IMG/VR virus record: IMGVR_UViG_3300037247_000734
Location: 1-57,265 of that record
DNA from: a virus
Lineage: Duplodnaviria; Caudoviricetes
DNA: 57,265 nucleotides
Direction: 5' to 3' (one strand)
The notes under the pieces are model-generated. The model saw nothing but the letters and a program-made list of their open reading frames with translations. It made no database searches and was not told where the DNA came from. Within the stretch, counting starts at the first letter, position 1. Each line of letters starts with the position of its first letter. Positions 1 through 8,319 of the stretch are shown here, piece after piece. The translations under genes and the position numbers were made by a program.

Positions 1-139
1 CCTCCTGCTCTCTGCGGGGGTAGCTCAGAAGCGGTTAGAGCCCCTGGGACGCCAGGAAGAAGCAGGTTCAATTCCTGCCCCCCGCTGTTGAAGGGAGGAG
101 TTATGAGTAACTACGGTACAATGGCCACCAGTGCTAGCC
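1..139. repeat. Terminal direct repeat, left copy (probably circular assembly overlap)
   Basis: Identical to 57127-57265 except A127 vs G57253. Confidence 0.95.
14..86 (+). tRNA. tRNA-like element with a 4-nt anticodon loop (no assignable anticodon; repeated at 57140-57212)
   Basis: Acceptor GCGGGGG/CCCCCGC, TA, D-stem GCTC/GAGC with GG in loop, stem CCTGG/CCAGG closing GACG, 5-nt variable loop, T-arm GCAGG-TTCAATT-CCTGC; no encoded CCA. Confidence 0.8.
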
Positions 140-669
140 TACAACTCCAGGGACACACACGGGAGACCGAGGGACCCTGGAATCTTCGGATCGCCCCCAA
201 GTTCCAGCCTCCAATCATCCAGGGGTGGACAGCCAAACAGGTTTTCCTCTCGATGGAGCAGCCGAACAAGGACGACAACTTCACCTTGATCCGTGTGCTC
301 TACTTACGTGGTGTGAAGAAGCCAAGTCTCGTGGCGGGACTGACATTCCGCAGGGCTCGGTGGCGTCGGCGTCCACAAGGGGGGGTCGAGGTCCGGATCA
401 AAAAACGCTACGGCAACTCGTTCCCACATCCCCTCCCTCTAGGTAGGTACACTGGCACCTGTATGTACGATATGGAAGAGGGGTTCGGAGTTTTTACCTT
501 CCAGGCAATAACTCTGAGAAGGGAACCAAAGCCACAGGAGCCGAAGGTTATCATTACGCCAGGAGATAGGGGTTTCAATGAGTCCCTTAGAAACGCTAAG
601 AGAACTCTTTCACGAACTCATGGCCTGGGAGGGCGAGGAGCTAATGCCGGTGGACTTCGTAATGGCTAG
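103..669 (+). CDS. Hypothetical protein
   Basis: ATG at 103 preceded by GGAGGAG; open frame to 669. Confidence 0.7.
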   Translation: MSNYGTMATSASLQLQGHTRETEGPWNLRIAPKFQPPIIQGWTAKQVFLSMEQPNKDDNFTLIRVLYLRGVKKPSLVAGLTFRRARWRRRPQGGVEVRIKKRYGNSFPHPLPLGRYTGTCMYDMEEGFGVFTFQAITLRREPKPQEPKVIITPGDRGFNESLRNAKRTLSRTHGLGGRGANAGGLRNG

Positions 670-1777
670 TTACCTGACGGCGTTCCTTCCTGGAGCAGTT
701 GAGAAGGCATGGGGTGACTTATGTGGTCCGCCCGCGATTGGCAAGACCGAGATACTTCGGGCGTTGGAGGACGGCCAACGTCGGACTGTCATGCTCGACA
801 CTCTCACGGAGAATGCCTTCTCCAGTGCCATGCGGGACCCCGACCAACCAGACAAGGACTTCTCTCTGCTCTATCAGTTGTCCAACGCCCGCGAGCCAAG
901 AGGTCCGAAAGTGCTGGTTATCAAGGAGTTTTCGACGTTCCTGAACATGCGGAGTGAGAAGGTGGACAAGATTTTTGCGGACCTTCGTGCGGCGTATGAT
1001 GGGACCTATGCGACGGCGGCGGGAAACATCGGTTTGGAGACCAGGACCGATCTGAACTTTGGTATGTTGACAGCCTGTACGGAGAAGCTCGATGAATTTC
1101 GACGGACTAATCAAACACTTGGTGAGCGAACACTGGTATGTCGTATTGGACGACAGACACGTTCATACGCTGCCCGTGCGGCGGTTGCGGATCACGTTGT
1201 ACGAGGCTGTCGAATCAAAAAGGCTTCGCTCCGTGCTCGAATCAAGATTGCCACTCGCAAGGCGATCGACGCGGCTATCACGGACATTAGAGCTAGCGGT
1301 GGTAAGGTTGTGCAGAGAGACTCGTTTATCCACCGGGTCGGACGCCTTGCTGCGATCGCTACTTCCGTCCGTTCGTTGCCTCTATCGAAGAAGAGCTATA
1401 CGAATCTGGCAGAGGGAGCTGGACGGTTTGCAGGGCAGCTCACTTCTTGGGGTGATTGTCGTGTCTTGTTTGACTCTCGGAAGTCTTGGACCGACGACGA
1501 TTATGCAATGGTGCGACGGATTGCTCAGGACACTATGCCCCCGGAGTCTCTTCGAGCCATTTCTTGTATCTGGAGGAGCGGACAAGATGAGGCAGTAAAA
1601 CCCATGTCGGGTAACGAAATCTGCGTCAGGGCAATATGTGACGGGAGTTTCTACCGGCAGTTGAGGCAGTGGGAGATCATCGGAATTCTCCACTCCTTCG
1701 ACACCGACGAGTACGGAATGAACCCGGAGTTCGCCAGGGACATTGAGTACACCGGCTTCATGGAGGGTCTGGAGTAA
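578..1777 (+). CDS. AAA+ ATPase, MCM-like; probable replicative helicase
   Basis: Walker A GPPAIGKT, Walker B-like VLVIKEF, LRAAYDG, LTACT sensor-like segment, LGER arginine-finger-like motif. Confidence 0.7.
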   Translation: MSPLETLRELFHELMAWEGEELMPVDFVMASYLTAFLPGAVEKAWGDLCGPPAIGKTEILRALEDGQRRTVMLDTLTENAFSSAMRDPDQPDKDFSLLYQLSNAREPRGPKVLVIKEFSTFLNMRSEKVDKIFADLRAAYDGTYATAAGNIGLETRTDLNFGMLTACTEKLDEFRRTNQTLGERTLVCRIGRQTRSYAARAAVADHVVRGCRIKKASLRARIKIATRKAIDAAITDIRASGGKVVQRDSFIHRVGRLAAIATSVRSLPLSKKSYTNLAEGAGRFAGQLTSWGDCRVLFDSRKSWTDDDYAMVRRIAQDTMPPESLRAISCIWRSGQDEAVKPMSGNEICVRAICDGSFYRQLRQWEIIGILHSFDTDEYGMNPEFARDIEYTGFMEGLE

Positions 1778-1977
1778 TGGAAAGTGAGCCGTGTGGGTAC
1801 TGTGGGAACGAACCGGATGAGTGCGTATGCTATCTGGCTCAGGACTTTCCGGACGACCCGATTGAGGAGTTGGATACTGACTACCTAGATTGGGAGTTCT
1901 ACGAAGAGGAGGAAAACAATGAAGGTGGTAGGCAAGAGAATCTTGGTGAAGCAGGCCAAGACGAAGGAAGTGAGTGA
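1777..1977 (+). CDS. Small acidic Cys-rich hypothetical protein
   Basis: TAATG coupling to the upstream gene; CGYC and CVC; very acidic. Confidence 0.6.
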   Translation: MESEPCGYCGNEPDECVCYLAQDFPDDPIEELDTDYLDWEFYEEEENNEGGRQENLGEAGQDEGSE

Positions 1978-2194
1978 AGGCGGTATCGTTATGACTGCCG
2001 CCTCAATCCAGAACCTTCCCTACGGGACTGTCGAACAGGTCGGTCCCAGAGCGGGGAGGTTGTGCGGTACTCTGAAGGTTGGTGACGTAGTCCTGTTCGA
2101 GGGGATGGGTGCAATTCCACTGAGGATCAAAGAGGGTTATGTGCTCATTGAACCTGGGGACATTCTGGCGGTTCTGGAAGAAGGAGAGTTCTGA
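1919..2194 (+). CDS. groES: Co-chaperonin GroES (Cpn10)
   Basis: GKRILVK, mobile loop SEGGIVM, VGP, LKVGDVVLF, DILAVL. Confidence 0.92.
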   Translation: MKVVGKRILVKQAKTKEVSEGGIVMTAASIQNLPYGTVEQVGPRAGRLCGTLKVGDVVLFEGMGAIPLRIKEGYVLIEPGDILAVLEEGEF

Positions 2195-2853
2195 TGTTGA
2201 CCAGTGGTGATGTTATGAAAGCCGAGAAAGAGGAATGGAAGGGGGACGCCTTCATTCTTACCCACGCAGGGAGAAAGTTCCGCTACGATGGTTTCGGACC
2301 CGAGGACATTTGCATCGAGGACATTGCCCACTCGCTGGCACACCTGTGTCGGTACACGGGACACACGATCATGTTCTACTCAGTCGCCCAGCACTCGTTG
2401 CTGGTATCCGAGAAGGTTCCGGGTGGTCCGGAGGACAAGTTGGTAGCATTACTACACGACGTAGCGGAAGCATACACCAACGATCTTGCCTCACCCTTGA
2501 AGAAGTACCTCCGACAGTTGCTCGACGAGGACGGCTACTGTCCCTATGCCGACTTGCAAAATAGGATCACAGCAGCGGTCTATGAGCGGTATGGAGTCGA
2601 GAGGATTCCCGACGACGTGCGACTGTACGACCAGGCAGCGGGAGTGTTCGAGGCCGAAGGCTTCATGGGGTTATCGGTCGGGGACCTGGGGAAGTACAAG
2701 TTCCCCACGGAGTTGCGAGGGCTGTGGGTACCCTGGGAACCCAGGGAGTTCGCGGGCAAGAATGCAGACCGCGAGTTCGGTGAGGTCGAAACAGAGTTCA
2801 TCCGTAGGTTTGAGGCGTTGATGTTCGCCGTCGGTAGGGAGAAGCTGGTATGA
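2194..2853 (+). CDS. HD-domain deoxynucleotide phosphohydrolase (YfbR/YfdR-like)
   Basis: EDIAHSLAHLCRYTGH, YSVAQHS, LLHDVAEAY.ND..SPLK. Confidence 0.88.
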   Translation: MLTSGDVMKAEKEEWKGDAFILTHAGRKFRYDGFGPEDICIEDIAHSLAHLCRYTGHTIMFYSVAQHSLLVSEKVPGGPEDKLVALLHDVAEAYTNDLASPLKKYLRQLLDEDGYCPYADLQNRITAAVYERYGVERIPDDVRLYDQAAGVFEAEGFMGLSVGDLGKYKFPTELRGLWVPWEPREFAGKNADREFGEVETEFIRRFEALMFAVGREKLV

Positions 2854-3116
2854 CAATGATTTCGAGACCCAACCCGTTTCGGGAACACAGCAAACTGCAC
2901 GACACCTTCGAGTTCATGGCGGATGGCGAGTGGCACACACTATCAGACATTGCTTTCCATGTCTACAGACATGACTACCGCCCACGACTTGCTACGGACC
3001 AGGTCACCTGTCGCAGGGTGGGGTCGGCCCTACGGACAATCCGAGCCACACCCGGCCTGGACGTGAACTACCACTACAGAAACGGCTATCAGTTGGTTGC
3101 CGCAGGCTACTTCTAG
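2850..3116 (+). CDS. Hypothetical protein, possible winged-helix DNA-binding protein
   Basis: ATGA overlap; MADGEWHTLSDIA...VGSALRTIR followed by a short beta hairpin. Confidence 0.5.
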   Translation: MTMISRPNPFREHSKLHDTFEFMADGEWHTLSDIAFHVYRHDYRPRLATDQVTCRRVGSALRTIRATPGLDVNYHYRNGYQLVAAGYF

Positions 3117-3249
3117 AATAGGGGCTGTTGTTGATTCATACACTAACGATCTGGTTTCGACCTAGACGGTGGTGGTCTTGGAGCCTCAGCCGACGCTTGA
3201 TTGGTCTCGGACCAGTAGCTATTAGCTGGGACCTTTAGGAGGACTTGAC

Positions 3250-3420
3250 ATGGCTTCCCCTTTCAATTTGGCGGACATCTGGCTGAAAACCATGAAAGAA
3301 GTCAACGAGCCCTACAGCCTTGAAGCCGAAGTTACTCAATTCGCCCTCCAAAACCTGGGGGTAACTGAGGAGAAACTTCGGGAGGCCCTGTGGCACGCCC
3401 GCTGCGAATGGGACGTTTAG
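3250..3420 (+). CDS. 56-aa hypothetical protein (not in ORF track)
   Basis: AGGAGG RBS; MASPFNLADIWLKTMKEV...ARCEWDV*; stop overlaps the stop of the converging gene. Confidence 0.7.
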   Translation: MASPFNLADIWLKTMKEVNEPYSLEAEVTQFALQNLGVTEEKLREALWHARCEWDV

Positions 3421-6400
3421 AAGGGCGGTTGCTGCTGGTTGACGCCGCGTTGTCGTCCGATCGTCTGGGGGTTGATGGTATCGAGCGGTCCGAGATTCCG
3501 GGCAGCGTTGAATCCGGGCCGTCCGATATTGGCGGTCCTCGCTGCCTGCCGCACCGCTGACGGTTCACCGAGGATGGTCGGGTCAACACCTAGGACCTGC
3601 TGGCCCTGAGTTCCCAGGGTCGCAGCGATCAACTGGACGAGTTGGTTACGGGCTGGCCCGGGCGGCAGGGTCCTGACGACCTGCTCCAGCCGTGTCATCT
3701 GACGCCGTAGCTGCATGGCCCGCATGTCCTTTTCCGTAACCGGCAAATTGAACCCGAACCGTTGCTTGAATCCCTCCAAAATCTGGTTGGCCTCGCTCGC
3801 GTTGTTCCGGAACCGGGCATCCATGTAGGTCTGTCGGGCCTCTCGAATCTGATCCCGATTCTTCACGAGGGTTTCCAGAAGGAGCGACTCTTTCTCGATG
3901 TCGCCTCCCTTCACACCCAAGCCGTACCGTATGATCTCCCAGGGACGATAGAACCCCTTGAGGGTCCCCCGTCCACTAAACAGGGCGATCCGGCCATCGG
4001 GGGCGGGCTGGCTGTAGTCCGCATAGGTCCGCTCGAACGCCTTGGCCGCTACTTGACCGACATTGCCGGGCAGGCCGGGAACGAGTCCCATCGCACGGAA
4101 GATCGCGGTCCCACCGGGGATCAACAGGGGGGTGGACCGTGCCAGTTCCGAGAAGTCACCTGACCCCAAGCCGACGCCAGCCGCACCCAAAATCTGGAAG
4201 AACGGAGGCACGACCGGGATGGGAGCAAGCACCTTGCCCGCCGGTGTGAACGTCGGCAGAGCACCCCCGATGAGGGCATCCCCTACGTTCCAGTTCATAG
4301 CTTCACCTAGCTCCATAGCGATGATGGAACCGGCGATCATGCGGGCGAACGTACCGGGGTTCACGCCCAGGAAGTTCATCTCTTTACCTGTGCGAGGGTC
4401 AATCGCCCCGGACCCCAATGACATCGCCGTAACGGTGGCGAACTCCAACATGCGGAGGGGGAACTGGGCTAGCTGTCGGACCAGGGGAGACCTATCCACC
4501 AAGAAGAATGGTGTGTTCTGTGGTCCCGTAAGGAACTGAGTCTTTTCCACGAGCCTCCGGGAGAATTCAATCGCGGCCTCCATAGGCATCTTCGCTCGAC
4601 GGGCATGGATCATTCCGGCCTCGAATGAGGCGAGCCGGACCGTGGTCTCGGACGTGGCGAACAGCGACATCATTGCCCGCTTCACCTTGTCTGCCACCTT
4701 AGTAACTCCGGAGGGTAGGGCAGCAATCTCGTGGGCATTGATGAGAGTATTCTGGACGGCTTCTTCGGTAAGAGGTGAAGCCACCAGTCCAGCCTTGCCG
4801 AACTCGGGGTACGCTGCTCGAAGAGCTTTGTCGTGTCCGAACCTTCGGGGACCCAGTCGCAAGGCAAAGTACTTGTGGGACTTCCGCATCGCCTCACCGA
4901 GCCCAGCAGCGGCCGTCCGGTATCCGATGACGGGGCCGGTGGTCAACACGAGCTGGAGAGTATTCTTGAGGGCAGAGCCGGGATTGAGACCTAGAGTAGA
5001 CAGGTAAAAGTACCCGGCTGTTTTCCGCTCCAGGTTGACGAGACTGAACGCACCCTTGGAGGATTTCATTCCTGCAACAAGGGAGTTGGTCGCCGACTCA
5101 CCCAGAATCTTACGGAGACCGGGACTCGATTCCAGCTTGACTGCCAGCGTTTGGTTGGCCTGGGACCACATCTGGGCACGTAGGGCATTGCGGAACGTCC
5201 CCCGTCCCATCGCCAGTGGAATGTAGGTCTCTTCGAGGATATGTGCTTGATAACGGGCTACGGAGTTCACCTTTCCCCGGAACTTTAGCTCGTCGAGCAT
5301 CTGTACTGCCTTCTCACCACCGCCTTTTATGGTCCAGGCATAGGTGCCAGCCAACGTGTGGTTGTATTGGCTGATGACAGGCATCAACTTGAGGCTGTAC
5401 TCCGAGGGCCTATGCTCGGCGAGGAGGGTCGCAATCTTCTGAGCCTCTGCTGGTTGGAACAGCTTGGGATAGGTTTCTTCCAACTCCCGAAGGGGGAGCC
5501 GTTTCATCATGGCAATAGTTGATCCACGTACACCTGCAACTCGTGCCTGGTGAATCAACCGCGACTTCGTAAGGATGTCTAAACGGGAACGAGCCCCCTT
5601 ATCCACAAGGTCTCCCATTGCGTCCAGGTCTTGGAAGCTGGGAAGCATCTGGAACTTCCGCTTGTATATTTCGGGCGAAGCCCACATTCCCATCTTCCGG
5701 ACTCCCGACTTAGCGAACTTCTTCGCACTGGCTGACTCGGTAAGTACCGCGATCAGCTTCCGGAAGTCCTCCTCGCTCTGGAGTATGCGACGGGGAAAGT
5801 AGTCGGGAATCTTCTTCGGGTTGCGGAGGAACTCGGACATTGCCTCACTGATGTCATCACCGAACCCCGCCGCCTTCTGACGACTGATAGCTGCAAGGAT
5901 ACGCTTTCGTCCCTTGACATCTGAGAACACTTCTCGCCACTGATCGTCGAGCGTCTGCCGGAAACCCTTCGCCAATTGCAGCGTCGGTCCTCCCATCCTC
6001 TGTTCGAGGCCCGGCATCAGGGTCCCAACTCCGTCAATAACAGTAGTGGTCTCTCCGCTCCCCAACCTGATCTTCCCATGCTTGCCCTGGAACCCACGAA
6101 GAGGCTTATGTAGTCCATCAAGCCATGCCGCAACCATCCTCTGTTCGTTCAGCTTAGGCAGATGACCTGTGCCACGACGGAATGTCTCCAAGTGAGCCGC
6201 GAACAACCCACCGTACTTGGATCGGAAGTCGTGCACGTCCTTGATGATGAATCCGAACTCATCGACGAAGTCCGCTGCCGATCCGGTACGCTTCATCCCC
6301 TGGAAGAGACCCTGCATCGAGGCCAGGTGCCGAAGGACCGGAAACTTGGCTGCGAAGCCCTGCATCGCCTTGGACAGCTTGAAGATGTTGTCACCCGAAG

Positions 6401-6695
6401 GGATCGGGAACTTGTGGGCCAGAGCCAGAGATGCAATCAACAGAGGGTTGGTAAGAGTCTTGAATACCTGGGCATACGGTCCCTGGTCCAAGCCCCACTT
6501 CCGAAGAAGCTGGTCCCGTTCGACAGGCGTCAGCTCCTTGGGTTGGAATGCCGCACGCCACACCGCAGGCAGGTCCCCAGAGAACGCCTGTTGCATAACC
6601 TGCCCAGGCCGGTCCGTGATCCCAATCGCCCGAGCCAACGGCTGCGGTGTGATCCCTCCCATGTCACTCAATGGCATCTTACTGTCCCCCGCCAC
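3417..6695 (-). CDS. Large putative internal virion (ejection) protein, 1092 aa
   Basis: Last and largest gene of the structural operon; helical; hydrophobic stretches near the C-terminus. Call is positional. Confidence 0.55.
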   Translation of the reverse strand: MAGDSKMPLSDMGGITPQPLARAIGITDRPGQVMQQAFSGDLPAVWRAAFQPKELTPVERDQLLRKWGLDQGPYAQVFKTLTNPLLIASLALAHKFPIPSGDNIFKLSKAMQGFAAKFPVLRHLASMQGLFQGMKRTGSAADFVDEFGFIIKDVHDFRSKYGGLFAAHLETFRRGTGHLPKLNEQRMVAAWLDGLHKPLRGFQGKHGKIRLGSGETTTVIDGVGTLMPGLEQRMGGPTLQLAKGFRQTLDDQWREVFSDVKGRKRILAAISRQKAAGFGDDISEAMSEFLRNPKKIPDYFPRRILQSEEDFRKLIAVLTESASAKKFAKSGVRKMGMWASPEIYKRKFQMLPSFQDLDAMGDLVDKGARSRLDILTKSRLIHQARVAGVRGSTIAMMKRLPLRELEETYPKLFQPAEAQKIATLLAEHRPSEYSLKLMPVISQYNHTLAGTYAWTIKGGGEKAVQMLDELKFRGKVNSVARYQAHILEETYIPLAMGRGTFRNALRAQMWSQANQTLAVKLESSPGLRKILGESATNSLVAGMKSSKGAFSLVNLERKTAGYFYLSTLGLNPGSALKNTLQLVLTTGPVIGYRTAAAGLGEAMRKSHKYFALRLGPRRFGHDKALRAAYPEFGKAGLVASPLTEEAVQNTLINAHEIAALPSGVTKVADKVKRAMMSLFATSETTVRLASFEAGMIHARRAKMPMEAAIEFSRRLVEKTQFLTGPQNTPFFLVDRSPLVRQLAQFPLRMLEFATVTAMSLGSGAIDPRTGKEMNFLGVNPGTFARMIAGSIIAMELGEAMNWNVGDALIGGALPTFTPAGKVLAPIPVVPPFFQILGAAGVGLGSGDFSELARSTPLLIPGGTAIFRAMGLVPGLPGNVGQVAAKAFERTYADYSQPAPDGRIALFSGRGTLKGFYRPWEIIRYGLGVKGGDIEKESLLLETLVKNRDQIREARQTYMDARFRNNASEANQILEGFKQRFGFNLPVTEKDMRAMQLRRQMTRLEQVVRTLPPGPARNQLVQLIAATLGTQGQQVLGVDPTILGEPSAVRQAARTANIGRPGFNAARNLGPLDTINPQTIGRQRGVNQQQPPF

Positions 6696-7875
6696 CCATC
6701 TGATTGAACAACTGATCCAGTAGGAACTGAATGTCCTTGCCTGGTCGTCCTCGTCGTAGAACGCCCTGTTGTGGGTCGGACCCGATTCTCCGCTCGGTAC
6801 TCGTCAGCGTCTCGGTACTCTGACCCGTGTCCGCCAGTATCCTCACCACCTCCTGGAACAGTTCCGGCTCGAACCTTTGCATAGTCACCTTACGACGAGC
6901 CACAGCCTCCTGCTTATCCACGATATCCCGTAAGAAGTCCACACTTGACGACGGACCGAGACCCTCGAACCCTTGGAGAGCGAGCTTCCTCGCCCGACCC
7001 TCCCGACCCATGATACCGACCGCTCGGTGAGCCTCAAGAACACCAATCACTCCCATGCCCACCGCACCGAAGGCCGTCTTACCCAAGAGACCCGCAGCCT
7101 TTCGACCGATTCCGGCTCCCGTGGCAAGCCCCCCCTTCTCCAGGGCCTTGACAGCGGAGCCCGCTACCTTCGGCAGCTTGCCCGCATTAGTCTGCTTGAG
7201 TAGGTCCTGCATCCCCTGGGGGAGGACTGCCGTACCTTCCCTCTTAAACAACCGATTGAACTGTCTGAGAATGAAGGGGTCCTCACCTCTACGGGCCAGT
7301 ACGGATAGAGCCTGGTTCGACCCCACACTGGCCACAACCTTCGGGTCTACTGCCCGAAGTTCCTTGAGGATACGCCGACCATCTGCCGTCTGGAACTCAG
7401 CCTCCTTGGCAAGGTCGTCGAGCATCTCGGTCCACTTCGTCATTAGCTGTTCAGGCTTCGCCCCTTTAATCGCAGCCCTCGCAGCCTTCAACGCCTCCTT
7501 GGCTTCCCCCAGGTTCTCTTTACCAATTACGCCTGTAACCGACTTCGGGAAACCCTTCTTACCCATGAGGTGCTTCGCACCCAGGGACTCAATACGCTCA
7601 CGAGCCTCAGCACCAACCCCCATGTCATCCATCTCATTAAGGAAGGTTGCCCAGATGTCGTCGATACTCCGACCTGCACCGGCAGTACCAACGGACAACT
7701 GGCTAAACCGCAATAGCCGACGGAAGGCTCCTGGAGCCTCCGTAAGATTGGCCGTACCGACGCCAATATTGCGAGGGGTTGTGCGACGGGAACGAGTTCT
7801 TTCCTTCGGAGCCCTCCGTGTTTTCTGGAGGGGTCGTCCATCGGGTCCCACGAGTTTTGATTTTCGTTCTGGCAT
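6679..7875 (-). CDS. Putative internal virion protein
   Basis: Basic, helical, Gly/Ala hydrophobic segment; position after the nozzle gene. Confidence 0.5.
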   Translation of the reverse strand: MPERKSKLVGPDGRPLQKTRRAPKERTRSRRTTPRNIGVGTANLTEAPGAFRRLLRFSQLSVGTAGAGRSIDDIWATFLNEMDDMGVGAEARERIESLGAKHLMGKKGFPKSVTGVIGKENLGEAKEALKAARAAIKGAKPEQLMTKWTEMLDDLAKEAEFQTADGRRILKELRAVDPKVVASVGSNQALSVLARRGEDPFILRQFNRLFKREGTAVLPQGMQDLLKQTNAGKLPKVAGSAVKALEKGGLATGAGIGRKAAGLLGKTAFGAVGMGVIGVLEAHRAVGIMGREGRARKLALQGFEGLGPSSSVDFLRDIVDKQEAVARRKVTMQRFEPELFQEVVRILADTGQSTETLTSTERRIGSDPQQGVLRRGRPGKDIQFLLDQLFNQMGGGGQ

Positions 7876-7878
7876 TGC

Positions 7879-8310
7879 TTACTGTCCAGAGGTTTGAGGT
7901 GAAGTACCCATCTGTCGGGCGATGGAGGACATGTCCCCCATCCGAGAAGGTGAGGAGACCTGGTTGAGTGTACGGGGTGAGATGCCCAACCGCTGCGAGA
8001 TCATATCGAGGACGGCAGTGTTGCCGCCTCCACCGACTTCCGGTTGAGGCATACGAGACAAGGCTGCCTGAGTCAGGAGTCGGGAGGGAATCCTGTTGAA
8101 CTTGGCGAACTTCTCTTGGAGGTGTTCGGCTCCCCGCTGCTCGGTTGCCATTGTGGCGAACGCCCGGCGTTGGTTCTTCGCAGCCAGTTGTTTAAGGGCC
8201 AACTCCACGTCGGCTTCGGGGTCTCCCTCAAGATGCTCAAGGAGAGCAGCGACCCCCTCGAACAAGGCGATGCTGCCCATGAGCCCAGCTATAGTGAGTA
8301 GTGCCGCCAT
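7879..8310 (-). CDS. Putative virion protein with hydrophobic N-terminus
   Basis: MAALLTIAGLMGSIALF; tightly packed in the operon. Confidence 0.5.
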   Translation of the reverse strand: MAALLTIAGLMGSIALFEGVAALLEHLEGDPEADVELALKQLAAKNQRRAFATMATEQRGAEHLQEKFAKFNRIPSRLLTQAALSRMPQPEVGGGGNTAVLDMISQRLGISPRTLNQVSSPSRMGDMSSIARQMGTSPQTSGQ

Positions 8311-8319
8311 TCTTAACCC

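Noticed and set aside
1-139. Terminal repeat as the physical phage DTR or an att site
   Set aside because: It cuts through a gene start inside an operon, and no integrase is present, so assembly circularisation is the simpler explanation. The one mismatch (Thr/Ala codon) may be a polymorphism or an error.
3121-3161. tmRNA 5' end (GGGGCTG...TGGTTTCGAC resemblance)
   Set aside because: No matching T-arm/acceptor 3' end or tag reading frame was found. Kept only as a generic structured region.
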